Origin: a virus
Lineage: Duplodnaviria > Caudoviricetes
Direction: 5' to 3' (one strand)
IMG/VR virus record: IMGVR_UViG_3300046059_000016
Coordinates: 1 to 46,493 of that record
Length of the DNA: 46,493 nucleotides
Both the position numbers and the translations under genes were made by a program. Position 1 is the stretch's first letter; the number at the start of each line of letters is the position of its first letter. Under the pieces are notes generated by a model. It did not search any database. It was not told where the DNA came from and worked only from the letters and a program-made list of their open reading frames with translations. Below are positions 1 through 8,849 of this stretch, piece after piece.

Positions 1-51
1 GGCGGCGCGTATCCCCGCCCTAAAGGACGGGGCTTTGCGCCTGTCTTTCAC
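1..51 (-). mobile_element. IS200/IS605-family left end (IS body absent from window)
   Basis: Minus strand: target TTAC (52-55), then GTGAAAGACAGGCGC-AAAG-CCCCGTCC TTTA GGGCGGGG hairpin; AAAG guide at hairpin foot with TTAC target, as in IS608. Confidence 0.9.
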
Positions 52-90
52 GTAATCGCACCCCACCACTTCCAGCGTTTCACGCCCCAT
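52..90 (-). pseudogene. 5' part (MGRETLEVVGCDY) of IS-interrupted 62-aa Zn-finger gene
   Basis: ATG at 90 after GGTGAT SD; joins in frame to 46438-46289 once the IS is removed. Confidence 0.85.
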
Positions 91-328
91 CTTGATCACC
101 CTGGCCCACTGCCTCGGGGTTCGACAGCCGATTCACCACCATGTAGCAAGCAGCCATCCCCGCGTGCTTCGAAAGTCCCCGTTCCTGGCAGGCTTCCCGA
201 ACGACGGGTTCCAGTTCAGCGCACACTTCGGCCAGCGCATCCAGATCTTCTTCATCGGCCACCTTTTCCACCAGTTGTGGGGCTACCCGCTGCTGCTGTA
301 GCATCTGGATGTGATCAGCGACGTTCAC
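80..328 (-). CDS. hypothetical protein
   Basis: Acidic ORF, GTGA overlap with upstream gene. Confidence 0.75.
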   Translation of the reverse strand: MNVADHIQMLQQQRVAPQLVEKVADEEDLDALAEVCAELEPVVREACQERGLSKHAGMAACYMVVNRLSNPEAVGQGDQDGA

Positions 329-723
329 GCCCCATCACCTTCCTCGGGGTTCTGCAGTTCGAACGTGGCTTCACTGCCCAGTTCCAGTTCCTCGGGATCC
401 AGTTCGGCCAGATCCTTCCTGGCCGCTGCCATCACGGGTTCATCTGCATCGAAGAACGTATCCACGAATTCGTTCACGCTGTCGAACCCGTGCTGTTCCA
501 GTGCGAACTGCAGCACGCGCTGATCTGCCTCGATGTCGCTGGCTTCCATTTCCTTCAGCCAGCGGATCAGCGCACCGTTCGCTGCAGCCCGCATCGGGGC
601 CTGATCCGCATCTTCACGGTTATACGCCACCGTTCGAACGATGTCCGTAAGCGTTTCTTCCGGCTTGATACTACCCTGTTCACCGCTGATTCTGTCGTTT
701 TCGTTTTCCATCTGTAGAGTCAC
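325..723 (-). CDS. hypothetical acidic protein
   Basis: Acidic ORF coupled to both neighbours. Confidence 0.8.
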   Translation of the reverse strand: MTLQMENENDRISGEQGSIKPEETLTDIVRTVAYNREDADQAPMRAAANGALIRWLKEMEASDIEADQRVLQFALEQHGFDSVNEFVDTFFDADEPVMAAARKDLAELDPEELELGSEATFELQNPEEGDGA

Positions 724-1370
724 ACCCTGGGTTCCAGGGTATCAGATCGCTGTTCCACTTCCCGCATCAGTTCGTTCGGGAAGTTCTCGATACGCTGCTG
801 CACTGGCGGTGGAAGATCCCCGCCATGCGTGGGTTCGAACCGAATAAGATCACGTTCGGCCATCCGAACATGCTGCCGGTATTCCGTGGCCGGATCCTCG
901 ATCAGATACTTCCGGTTCACGCCGTTTTCGGTGGTGAAGTGATTCAGTTCGATCCTGGCGTGGATCTGATCGGCTGCTTCCTGCTGGACTTCCCGGTATT
1001 GATCGAACAGGAAGCGGCTGATTACCCGTTCCGCATCGGGCTGCAGCACCATCTGGTGCTTCAGTTCCGTTTCCCACCGATCCAGTAGGTGGTGAAGGGC
1101 ATACCATCGCCGTTCTGCCTCGGATGAACGCACCAGGATGGCCGTGATCGGATCATCAGCATCGGCTGGGTGATCCCACGACTGGGTGCTTACCATCCCC
1201 GGATCGAAATCCGGGATCCGGTAATCCTTCCCCTGGGCAGCCAGCCACATCAGATTCAGCCGCTTCCGAACTTCCCCGCCATCACGCTGCCAGATGTGGT
1301 TCCCGAGGATCAGCAGGCCCACCAGGATTAGGTAGGACAAAAGCACGAACAGGGTGGGTTCCCAGTTCAT
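720..1370 (-). CDS. membrane-anchored hypothetical protein
   Basis: N-terminal hydrophobic segment LFVLLSYLILVGLLILG; coupled ORF. Confidence 0.8.
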   Translation of the reverse strand: MNWEPTLFVLLSYLILVGLLILGNHIWQRDGGEVRKRLNLMWLAAQGKDYRIPDFDPGMVSTQSWDHPADADDPITAILVRSSEAERRWYALHHLLDRWETELKHQMVLQPDAERVISRFLFDQYREVQQEAADQIHARIELNHFTTENGVNRKYLIEDPATEYRQHVRMAERDLIRFEPTHGGDLPPPVQQRIENFPNELMREVEQRSDTLEPRV

Positions 1371-1669
1371 AGCCTCGGATCCCCGTAATCTGCCTGCACG
1401 TTATGTCGCCACCAGATCGCCCCACACGTCTTACACTGCATCAGATCCCATTTGTCGTGGCCGCTGATGATGGTGGGTTCCCGGATGTCGGGATCCTCGG
1501 GAACGTGATCCGGGCAGTCGGGATCGGTATCCCACGGCTTCGGGGCTGGTAGTTCCATACGATCAGTGCAGGGGCAGTCTGTCCGAAGTTCATCCACATC
1601 CACGGCCAGTACCACGTTCAGATCCTCGATGGGAAGGCCATCGAGGCTGAAGGGTGGGTTCACTGTCAC
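1367..1669 (-). CDS. Cys-rich (Zn-finger) hypothetical protein
   Basis: CPC, CPDH and CKTC motifs; coupled. Confidence 0.75.
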   Translation of the reverse strand: MTVNPPFSLDGLPIEDLNVVLAVDVDELRTDCPCTDRMELPAPKPWDTDPDCPDHVPEDPDIREPTIISGHDKWDLMQCKTCGAIWWRHNVQADYGDPRL

Positions 1670-1872
1670 TGTGGATCACCGAACAGCATCTGGAAGCCCA
1701 GCCGGATCTGCTTCTTCCGGTGCTGTTCCAGGGCTTTTCTGGCACGGGCTTCTTCGGCTTTCTGTTCTGCCTTCAGCCGACGTTCCCGTTCACGTTCCGC
1801 ATCAGTGGGTTCGTAGTAGGGTGATCGGGGATCCCTTCGGCCAGGATCGAGGCTTACGGGAACTACCATCAC
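1666..1872 (-). CDS. small helical hypothetical protein
   Basis: Overlapping start/stop with both neighbours. Confidence 0.65.
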   Translation of the reverse strand: MMVVPVSLDPGRRDPRSPYYEPTDAERERERRLKAEQKAEEARARKALEQHRKKQIRLGFQMLFGDPQ

Positions 1873-2102
1873 TGATCACCATCCAGTTCCTGCATCTGGC
1901 CGATTCCACACTCGGGGCAGGTTTGCTTCAGTTCCTCGGTGGTATGATCGCACACGTCGCACTGGAACGGCTTACGGGGGTGTTCGATCCCCATTTCATC
2001 GAGGGTTTCGTGAAGCAGTTTCCGATCACCTTCCCCGGATTCAGTGGCCAGTGCAGCCGTTTCCCCGGTGCTGTTCACCAGGTAGATCCCAGGATCAGGC
2101 AT
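1869..2102 (-). CDS. CPxCG-type Zn-ribbon protein
   Basis: CDVC...CPECG. Confidence 0.8.
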   Translation of the reverse strand: MPDPGIYLVNSTGETAALATESGEGDRKLLHETLDEMGIEHPRKPFQCDVCDHTTEELKQTCPECGIGQMQELDGDQ

Positions 2103-2260
2103 TACTGATCACCATCCCAGTCGGTTAGATCCTCGGTGTTCCTGTATCGTTCTTCAGCATCCTGGTGGGCCACTCGCTGCATGGCGAACCCTACGAACAT
2201 GCCCAGCATGAACACACCCAGGAACGCCAGCCACAGCAGGAACGCCATCTGGGAAACCAT
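2102..2260 (-). CDS. 52-aa single-pass membrane protein (not in ORF track)
   Basis: MVSQMAFLLWLAFLGVFMLGMFVGFAMQR...GDQ; fills the gap with TGATG/TAATG overlaps. Confidence 0.75.
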   Translation of the reverse strand: MVSQMAFLLWLAFLGVFMLGMFVGFAMQRVAHQDAEERYRNTEDLTDWDGDQ

Positions 2261-2673
2261 CAGCGATTCACCTGATCCCGTTCGTAGATCCGCTGCTGCA
2301 CTTCCTGGCGAACTTCAGCCGGATCGGGGCTGCCAGGATCGGCCAGCAGCACCTTCCCCAGTAGTGCATCCACTGCCTCGGATTCCACCATATCTGGGTG
2401 TTCATCGAACACTTCATCCACGGTATCGAACCAGTCGGGGATGTCGGCTTCATCCAGGCCATCGGCCAAAGCACGCCGAACCCTGGATTCTGGAACCTGA
2501 AGATCGGTGGCTACCTCGGGGATGTCTATTTCAGGCTGATGCACCTGCACTTCACCCCGAACCAGCATTTCGTTCGTCCCCAGATCAGAACGACTCGGTT
2601 TCGTTTTCCTGGCACGCACCTTTTCTTTCTTGTAATCCACCACCATCCAGTATTTGATGGTGCTTTCAGGCAC
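2260..2673 (-). CDS. hypothetical protein (likely start GTG 2673, MPESTIKYW)
   Basis: GGTGAT SD before GTG; the longer track ORF overlaps the upstream gene. Confidence 0.75.
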   Translation of the reverse strand: MPESTIKYWMVVDYKKEKVRARKTKPSRSDLGTNEMLVRGEVQVHQPEIDIPEVATDLQVPESRVRRALADGLDEADIPDWFDTVDEVFDEHPDMVESEAVDALLGKVLLADPGSPDPAEVRQEVQQRIYERDQVNR

Positions 2674-3337
2674 TGTGATCACCACCAGTGGCCGCTTCAG
2701 CCAGTTCGAACGCTTTCTGTGATTTCTTTTCCCCGAACGCTGAACTGATCGCATCGAATAGCGTGGCTGCTTCATCTTCACGGGCCTGGAAGTTCGGGAA
2801 CTGCCGAACCAGCCGTTCCAGAACCTGCATCTGGATGTGATCCTGAAAGCGACCGTTCGGGTAGCCATCCGTATCCTCGTAGGCGTATCGGCAGATCCTC
2901 GATTCCGGGAAATCGTAGGGGCCTGAACGCCCACCGGCCAGCGTGTTATTCTGGTTCAGGTAGAAGCACGCCCACACCGCATCATCTTCAGTGGCCCCCA
3001 CGCCTATGCTGCCTTCATACGACAGCAGCGACTGTTTCGTTTCCGGCTGCTGCTGATCGTATTCAGTCACCGTATCGGCCTTCTTCTTCACAGCGATCAG
3101 CCAGGCACCACCCCACAGATCACGAACGGGATCACCCGCCCGGATCTGGCGATCATGTGCTGATCGAGTATCCCGCAGTTCGGGAACGCCACGGCCAGGG
3201 GTTCGACTGCCCACCAGTTCCCGTTCTTCGCCCGGCTGGGGTGGGTGGGGCAGGCTATCTGCATCTGCATTGGTTTGTTCCTCGGTTCCGCTGTCGTTCT
3301 GGGGATCGAAATCCCCCAGTTCAGATTCATCTGTCAT
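2666..3337 (-). CDS. hypothetical protein
   Basis: 223-aa acidic ORF, ATGA-coupled. Confidence 0.8.
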   Translation of the reverse strand: MTDESELGDFDPQNDSGTEEQTNADADSLPHPPQPGEERELVGSRTPGRGVPELRDTRSAHDRQIRAGDPVRDLWGGAWLIAVKKKADTVTEYDQQQPETKQSLLSYEGSIGVGATEDDAVWACFYLNQNNTLAGGRSGPYDFPESRICRYAYEDTDGYPNGRFQDHIQMQVLERLVRQFPNFQAREDEAATLFDAISSAFGEKKSQKAFELAEAATGGDHSA

Positions 3338-3570
3338 GGTAACACCTTCAGTTCGAACCAGTCACCATCGGGGCCTTCCCTGATCTGGGTGTTGAAGCCT
3401 GCTTCTTCGAACGCTTTCTGCACCGCATCGGGATCCAGTTCAGCCACCTTCACTTCCGCACCATCGAGGATCGGGCTGATCTGCACTACCTGATCGGTCC
3501 CGAATTCCTCGGTGAAGGTTTCGAACACCGCATCCCGGTGTTCCAGTGCTTCTTCTTTGCCGCTGAACAT
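3334..3570 (-). CDS. hypothetical protein
   Basis: 78-aa acidic ORF, first gene after hairpin element A. Confidence 0.75.
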   Translation of the reverse strand: MFSGKEEALEHRDAVFETFTEEFGTDQVVQISPILDGAEVKVAELDPDAVQKAFEEAGFNTQIREGPDGDWFELKVLP

Positions 3571-3639
3571 CGTGTGATCCAGCCAGATGCGGTGGCCAGC
3601 CGAACACCGGGTTTCCGCTTAACTGCCGGTGTTAGACAG

Positions 3640-3727
3640 CACCGTTCCACCAGCCGCTGGCCCCAGATTCGCTGATAAGAAAATTTATCAGCGAATTTGG
3701 TTCACAGCACCCGGTGGAAATCCGGTG
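3640..3727 (-). promoter_or_regulatory. Conserved hairpin element, copy A
   Basis: CACCGGATTTCCACCGG...CTGGTGGAACGGTG enclosing a long stem. Confidence 0.7.
3663..3700. repeat. Inverted repeat with dif-like core
   Basis: CCAGATTCGCTGATAA-GAAAAT-TTATCAGCGAATTTGG (15/16 arms, 6-bp spacer); function is inference. Confidence 0.8.
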
Positions 3728-3767
3728 AATAAACCATATGTCGCTATACGGAACTGCAGGCTGGCCC

Positions 3768-4571
3768 CTATTTCGTGGAATCGATTCGGGGGGCCAGCAT
3801 GTAATCGAACAGTTCAGTTTCGATCATCACCGGCATATCCTGGCCGGATCGGATCTTCACTTCATCGTAGCCCTTCAGCACCTTCGACAGATCGGCCAGG
3901 TAATCCAGGCTGAACATGGATTCCACACGCCCATCTGGGTGCTTTCCATCGAGGAATTCCAGTTCCCCTTCACCTTCTTCCAGGCTGTAGGTGCCACTGT
4001 CGGTGTCACCCGAGGCTACTACCTTCACCTGATGATCTTCCACCACGATGGTGGCGTGATCGCTGAACATGTCGTTCAGATCCACTGCATCCTTCAGGGT
4101 GCTGCCTTCCATCCGGTAGAAGGCAGGCAGTTCATCTTCCAGGCCAGGGTGATCGGGTTCCTGCCGGATGGAATCTGAAGCGATTCCGCCCAGATCCACA
4201 TCCACGCCCGGCATGGTGATGTTAAAGCACCAGTTGTGCTTTTGGCCGAATTCGATCTGTAGCAGATCACCAGCATCGGCGTAGCCCAGCAGATCATCGA
4301 GTTTCCCGAGGTTCAGCCCCATCCTGAACCCATCGGGATCGGTGCTGTAGTGCTGGATCTGATCCCGCTGATCGGGGTGAATATCGATGTAGCAGCCAGC
4401 CACGTTCGCCGGATCGATCACCCACACCCGTAGCAGGCCATGGAGGAACTGGAACGTGGCTTCCTGAACCAGCGCATCCAGCGCATCCACCACATCCTGT
4501 AGGAAATCCGCTTCCAGGATGATCTTCATCTGCAGTTCTTCTTCCTCGGGTTCGGATAGTTCCGGTGTCAT
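3768..4571 (-). CDS. pcn: PCNA sliding clamp
   Basis: DALDALVQEATF, IDPANVA, GLNLGKL, FSLDYL and C-terminal YMLAPRI motifs of archaeal PCNA. Confidence 0.93.
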   Translation of the reverse strand: MTPELSEPEEEELQMKIILEADFLQDVVDALDALVQEATFQFLHGLLRVWVIDPANVAGCYIDIHPDQRDQIQHYSTDPDGFRMGLNLGKLDDLLGYADAGDLLQIEFGQKHNWCFNITMPGVDVDLGGIASDSIRQEPDHPGLEDELPAFYRMEGSTLKDAVDLNDMFSDHATIVVEDHQVKVVASGDTDSGTYSLEEGEGELEFLDGKHPDGRVESMFSLDYLADLSKVLKGYDEVKIRSGQDMPVMIETELFDYMLAPRIDSTK

Positions 4572-4696
4572 GTGTCTACTGCATCAGGATCGATTCCCAG
4601 ATCCCTTAACTGGCGTTCACGCTGATATGCCCATGCCTGATCGGATAGCCGTTCACGTTCTTCCTCGGGGGCGGCTGCATCCAGATCCCGTCCCAT
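4568..4696 (-). CDS. 42-aa hypothetical protein (not in ORF track)
   Basis: MGRDLDAAAPEEERERLSDQAWAY...; TGATG and ATGA overlaps on both sides. Confidence 0.65.
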   Translation of the reverse strand: MGRDLDAAAPEEERERLSDQAWAYQRERQLRDLGIDPDAVDT

Positions 4697-5058
4697 CAGC
4701 CGTTTACCCCGATCAGTTCGCCATCCACTTCTTCCAGCCTGCCATCATCCATCGGAACATCGATGTTCAGCACCTGTCCCCAGGGAACCAGTCGTGTGGG
4801 TATCAGGTGGGATACCCCTTCAGCACGGATGGCTTCCTTTCCGATCACCACAGTCGAACCACCGATGTCCATTACCTGGATCTGATCGAACTGTTCAGTT
4901 CGAACCGTTTCCTGATGAACACCTGCACGGGTAGTGATCGATACAGTGGCCGAACCCAGTTCCTCGGTGGTTTCAGCGCCCAGATGGATTTCATCCAGGC
5001 TGCCGGGTGCATCATCCCCCAGGAAATCGTTCAGTTCCTCGGGTTCATCATCGGACAT
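4696..5058 (-). CDS. hypothetical protein
   Basis: Acidic, coupled ORF. Confidence 0.75.
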   Translation of the reverse strand: MSDDEPEELNDFLGDDAPGSLDEIHLGAETTEELGSATVSITTRAGVHQETVRTEQFDQIQVMDIGGSTVVIGKEAIRAEGVSHLIPTRLVPWGQVLNIDVPMDDGRLEEVDGELIGVNG

Positions 5059-5387
5059 CAGTGATCACCATTCGTGTGTTGGAATTCGCTTACTTTCGCC
5101 ACCCACTGCACGAGTTCCGACGTTTCGACATCGGCCACATCTGAATAGTCGTGCTGTTCCCCGGCGGGGGTGATCCGTATCGAACTGTCGCTGCCGACTG
5201 CTTCGGTGGTGATCTTCCAGATCCCATCCTGGTTATACTCGATCTGCAGAACGGTTCCATCCGACAGCACCACCAGGGTGGGTTCATCGTAGTTCGCATA
5301 CAGTTCTCCCCGGATCTGGCCTTCCAGCGTGATTATATCATCGCTGTGGCCACTGATCTGCACCGTTTCCAGTTGAACGGCGTTCAT
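5058..5387 (-). CDS. hypothetical protein
   Basis: Acidic, coupled ORF. Confidence 0.75.
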   Translation of the reverse strand: MNAVQLETVQISGHSDDIITLEGQIRGELYANYDEPTLVVLSDGTVLQIEYNQDGIWKITTEAVGSDSSIRITPAGEQHDYSDVADVETSELVQWVAKVSEFQHTNGDH

Positions 5388-6634
5388 TTTTCCACCAGGA
5401 TCATCCGATCACCGTTCTTCTTCCGAACTTCCACACTGTAGGGGCCTACCACGCTGCTGCCGTGGCCTTCCTCGGAATCCCAGGTGAAGTTATTCGATGC
5501 AGTCACCTTCCGAATTGATCCACCCTGCTGCACCAGGCCGATAATCCCGCCATCGCCATCCACCGCATCGTGTTCGGCAGGCGGATCATCAGCACTGATC
5601 CAGTTCTCGCCAGCCAGTTCGGACAGTTCCGCTTTCTGCAGTTCCTCGATCTGCTGGGGCGGGATCACGTCACCTCGGGTGGTGACATCCTCGATTTCTG
5701 CATCCCCTTCGATGTCCACAGTGGGTTCGGCTGCCGGTTCCGAGAAATCGAATTCATCCAGCCCACGGTGGGCTTCAGCGACATCTTCCCCGTCCCGTTC
5801 TTCATCTTCTTCCCTGGCTTCCGGTTCCCCGATGTCCACCACATCGAGTTTATCAGCAGCAGCGTAATCTTCAGCGTAGGATGGAACGTTCCCATCCAGA
5901 TCACGGGTGTATATCGTTCGGGTTAGGTAGGCGAAGCCCACCACGCCGGGCATATCTTCACCACATGCGTGGGGGTGGATGATCCAGCAGCGCGTTCGGC
6001 CAGGCTGGATGGTGGGCGGGGATTTGTTACTGTGAACGCTGATCCCCTTGTTCAGCCCCAGTTCCAGCACTTCATCGATGAAATCCCACGGGTGATCGTA
6101 GTAGGATTTCCCAGCCCGCATCATCAGATCCTTCGAATTCGCTGCCGTGATCGTTCCCCAGTGTTCGCCATCGAACCCATCGATGGCCATCCGATCCGTA
6201 TGCCTGGCCAGTTCGGATTTCGGGGCTGCAGCCACCGAGGGATACACCCCGTGATCCACCATGTTTTCCAGGGCTGCTTCATGGGCTTCCTGGTGGGATT
6301 CTTCCGCATCCGCATCGCCAGGATACAGCGGGGTGAAGTTCCGTTCCACTTCCGCTGCAGCCATGAAGTTCGATCCGTTCAGCGTTTCGTAGCCTCGGGG
6401 CAGGGATTCTTTGTAGGGAATCGGGTGCAGATCACCCTGATCATCTGTTAGAACCACGAACCCCGGCAGCACGCCATCTTCACTGCTGAACGCCTGGGGA
6501 TCCAGCCGGATGTAGGCGTTCCCGGCCTTCAGGTATCCGCATCCGCGTTCTTTGTTCTGAATCGTTTCCACATCGCCATCTGCCTGGGTATAGTCGCCCC
6601 AGGAATCGGGTTTGATTTCCTTCGATTCTGCCAT
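5384..6634 (-). CDS. conserved-looking viral hypothetical protein (likely start MAESKE)
   Basis: Long acidic ORF with RGCGY and AGKSYY..PWDF..E motifs. Confidence 0.8.
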   Translation of the reverse strand: MAESKEIKPDSWGDYTQADGDVETIQNKERGCGYLKAGNAYIRLDPQAFSSEDGVLPGFVVLTDDQGDLHPIPYKESLPRGYETLNGSNFMAAAEVERNFTPLYPGDADAEESHQEAHEAALENMVDHGVYPSVAAAPKSELARHTDRMAIDGFDGEHWGTITAANSKDLMMRAGKSYYDHPWDFIDEVLELGLNKGISVHSNKSPPTIQPGRTRCWIIHPHACGEDMPGVVGFAYLTRTIYTRDLDGNVPSYAEDYAAADKLDVVDIGEPEAREEDEERDGEDVAEAHRGLDEFDFSEPAAEPTVDIEGDAEIEDVTTRGDVIPPQQIEELQKAELSELAGENWISADDPPAEHDAVDGDGGIIGLVQQGGSIRKVTASNNFTWDSEEGHGSSVVGPYSVEVRKKNGDRMILVEK

Positions 6635-6728
6635 AGTTGGCACCGAAAAGCGGGCTGATACCGGCCAGCCCATCCGTGTTCACTTCCACTGTGCGCTTTG
6701 GATCCTGGATGCGGCCAGGATCAGGCCG

Positions 6729-6788
6729 AACCGTTCCACCAGGAATCCCCGCACACGGGGTGTTCCTCGGTGGAAATCCGATGAAAAA
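6729..6788 (-). promoter_or_regulatory. Conserved hairpin element, copy B
   Basis: TTTTTCATCGGATTTCCACCGAGGAA...TTCCTGGTGGAACGGTT. Confidence 0.7.
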
Positions 6789-6815
6789 GCGTGGGTTCGA
6801 AGCCGGGGGATGGGT

Positions 6816-7193
6816 TCAGGCGTTCGCTGAACCTTCGAACCGTGGATCTTTTTCGGCCATGCGTTCCCAGTCAGATTTCCACTGATCGAACTTCTTCCGA
6901 TCAGCCCCGGCGTAATCTTCCCGGAAATCAGCCCACTGTTCAGCGGGAACGGTGGCACGCGGCTGCCCCCGAAGGATGTCCGACATCATCCGTTCGATCT
7001 TCGAACTGTTCGTGATCACGTCGCCAGTTCTGGGATCTTCGAACCGTTCCCAGTCGTCGTGATCCTGGGGTGACTGGAATTCATAGAACTGGCCGGATTT
7101 CGCATCGAAAAGCACACCGGCCACTTCCACGCCATCCACTTCCTCGGTGTGGAAGGGATGCATCAGTTCACCGTGATGATCCGGCATCCACAC
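6816..7193 (-). CDS. hypothetical protein
   Basis: Acidic ORF; exact start uncertain (possibly 7163). Confidence 0.75.
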   Translation of the reverse strand: MWMPDHHGELMHPFHTEEVDGVEVAGVLFDAKSGQFYEFQSPQDHDDWERFEDPRTGDVITNSSKIERMMSDILRGQPRATVPAEQWADFREDYAGADRKKFDQWKSDWERMAEKDPRFEGSANA

Positions 7194-7366
7194 GGCAGTT
7201 CTACCTGGTAGGCGTGGCCCGACATTTCCAGCAGGCTGGTGATGTCGCCACTGAAGCCCGTGGATCGCCTGGCCACTGTCGTATCAGGATCCTCGATGCG
7301 TTCCTCGGATCCACACTGATGTTCTTCCCCACAGTCGGGGCAGGTGAACGTTCGATCCGACATCAC
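7163..7366 (-). CDS. CPxCG Zn-finger microprotein
   Basis: CPDCG...CGC. Confidence 0.75.
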   Translation of the reverse strand: MMSDRTFTCPDCGEEHQCGSEERIEDPDTTVARRSTGFSGDITSLLEMSGHAYQVELPCGCRIITVN

Positions 7367-7578
7367 GCATCACCCGGTTCATCGGTGACAGTGTAACCAG
7401 CCAGTTCAGCGATCTGCTGGATTTCTTCATCTTCCAGGCTGATGGCTTCCCCTTCGGCTTCATCCTTCACCCGGAACTGGCAACTGTGGGCTTTCGCACC
7501 GCGAACCACCCGAACGCCAGTATCCAGATCGATGTGTTCCCGTTCGGCCAGCGGTTCCAGATCAGACATCCAGATCAC
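7363..7578 (-). CDS. hypothetical protein
   Basis: Acidic coupled ORF; start probably MSDLEP. Confidence 0.7.
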   Translation of the reverse strand: MIWMSDLEPLAEREHIDLDTGVRVVRGAKAHSCQFRVKDEAEGEAISLEDEEIQQIAELAGYTVTDEPGDA

Positions 7579-7951
7579 CTTCCCTGGCTTCCTCGGGATC
7601 CACTGGGTCCGGCTTTACGTTCCGTTCGATGTCGAACTGGGGGAACACCAGCCGCGTTTCGGTGTCATTGGTATCGATCAGATCTAACTGCACCTGCATA
7701 TCCAGATCATCGATGTGATCTTCGGGAACGCTTTCCGGGATATTGTGGGTTCTGCCGCTTTTGCATCCATCCTGGATGCGATCCACGGCCACGGCCACCA
7801 CACGAACCAGGCAGAAGTTCATCCTGATCTGCTTCCACACCACCCGGATAGATTCTGCTGCCCGATCATCTGGATCCTGATTCAGATCCTCGGTGATCCA
7901 CACATCTGGGGAACCGCTTTTGTCGATCACCTTATCAGCGAACACCATCAC
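7562..7951 (-). CDS. hypothetical protein
   Basis: Acidic coupled ORF. Confidence 0.7.
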   Translation of the reverse strand: MMVFADKVIDKSGSPDVWITEDLNQDPDDRAAESIRVVWKQIRMNFCLVRVVAVAVDRIQDGCKSGRTHNIPESVPEDHIDDLDMQVQLDLIDTNDTETRLVFPQFDIERNVKPDPVDPEEAREGDLDV

Positions 7952-8058
7952 GCATCACCTTCCGCTGCCTGCTGAAGATCTGAAAGGCAGCCACTGCAGG
8001 TGTTCGTTCGTTTCTCGATTCCATCCGACAGTTCTGAACCGCATCCGGTACATTTCAT
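7948..8058 (-). CDS. 36-aa Zn-finger microprotein (not in ORF track)
   Basis: MKCTGCGSELSDGIEKRTNTCSGCLSDLQQAAEGDA; two CxxC, coupled to next gene. Confidence 0.75.
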   Translation of the reverse strand: MKCTGCGSELSDGIEKRTNTCSGCLSDLQQAAEGDA

Positions 8059-8059
8059 A

Positions 8060-8600
8060 GTTCGATTTCAGGCGTTTCGTGCCTGGCACCGGATCCCGAA
8101 CCGCCTGGCGGGATCAGCCAGCACCGTTCCACCAGGCACGCACACGCACCTGATGGAATTCCGGTGAAAAGCCAGTGCGTAATCCCCGCTGCCGGTGATC
8201 CATACCTAAGCGGGTTTCCGTAGCACTGCCGACTGATCAAAGCGTAATGCCTTCAGCCAGCAGTAAGGGTGTGATGTTCCCGTTCTACCCCCGAACCTCG
8301 GTTCTATGATCGGATCATCACGCCCGCGCTGCATCGATGCGTTCACCTAATCCCTCGATCCGGGTGGTTTCTGCTACCCAGCACCACCGTTCGCCTGGGT
8401 GGTGGCTGTCGTGGAATCCGGGTGCCTGGCACGCCAGGCCAGTGTGTCCGTGTGCTGCCGCCTGTAGGCCCACCGGGTGATCTGGCCGTTCAGGCCAGGG
8501 CAGCGCACCCGAACCGCGTGTGGGGGAAACCAGCATTGTGGCCCCTGGTTCCCAGTGGGGGGCGAACGCGCATCAGGTTCGTTCCTACCTCGGTGTATGT
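8060..8600 (-). ncRNA. Candidate long structured leader/ncRNA
   Basis: No halophile-like ORF; many local hairpins; downstream of a TATA-like CTTAAG. Confidence 0.4.
8122..8170 (-). promoter_or_regulatory. Conserved hairpin element, copy C
   Basis: TTTTCACCGGAATTCCATCAGG...CCTGGTGGAACGGTG. Confidence 0.7.
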
Positions 8601-8614
8601 AGGTCTATCACGTA

Positions 8615-8680
8615 CCCACTTAAGTCTGTCCCTAACACCCTGCCACCCTAACCAGACACTAACAGAATCCTAACAGTCTG
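8615..8680. promoter_or_regulatory. Candidate (possibly divergent) promoter with CTAAC repeats
   Basis: ACTTAAGT palindrome near 8618-8625, followed by four CTAAC copies including CTAACAGAATCCTAACAGTC. Confidence 0.5.
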
Positions 8681-8738
8681 CCTGATCGCACAGAAGCCGC
8701 TGTGCAGCCGCTGAAGCGGATCGAGGATAGACAGGCCC

Positions 8739-8849
8739 CATCGGACATCCACCCGGCCAGCGTGCAGCAGCGCAAAGCGTGGGCTGTCGTGGATGGGCTG
8801 CAGTGAAACGGGATCCCTGGGGTGAACCGATCACCCTGGTGGAACGGTG
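8739..8849 (+). promoter_or_regulatory. Conserved hairpin element, copy D
   Basis: CATCGGACATCCACC...CCCTGGTGGAACGGTG, followed by two further hairpins. Confidence 0.6.

Noticed and set aside
6640-8170. Hammerhead or other known self-cleaving ribozyme for the repeated element
   Set aside because: CUGAUCC rather than CUGANGA, and no correctly placed GAAA core
8085-8520. tRNA genes suggested by GGTTCGGG (T-loop-like) words on the minus strand
   Set aside because: Could not build a cloverleaf with acceptor and anticodon arms
3640-8849. CRISPR or mini-array reading of the GGTGGAACGGT repeats
   Set aside because: Copies are kilobases apart and on both strands, with no repeat-spacer periodicity
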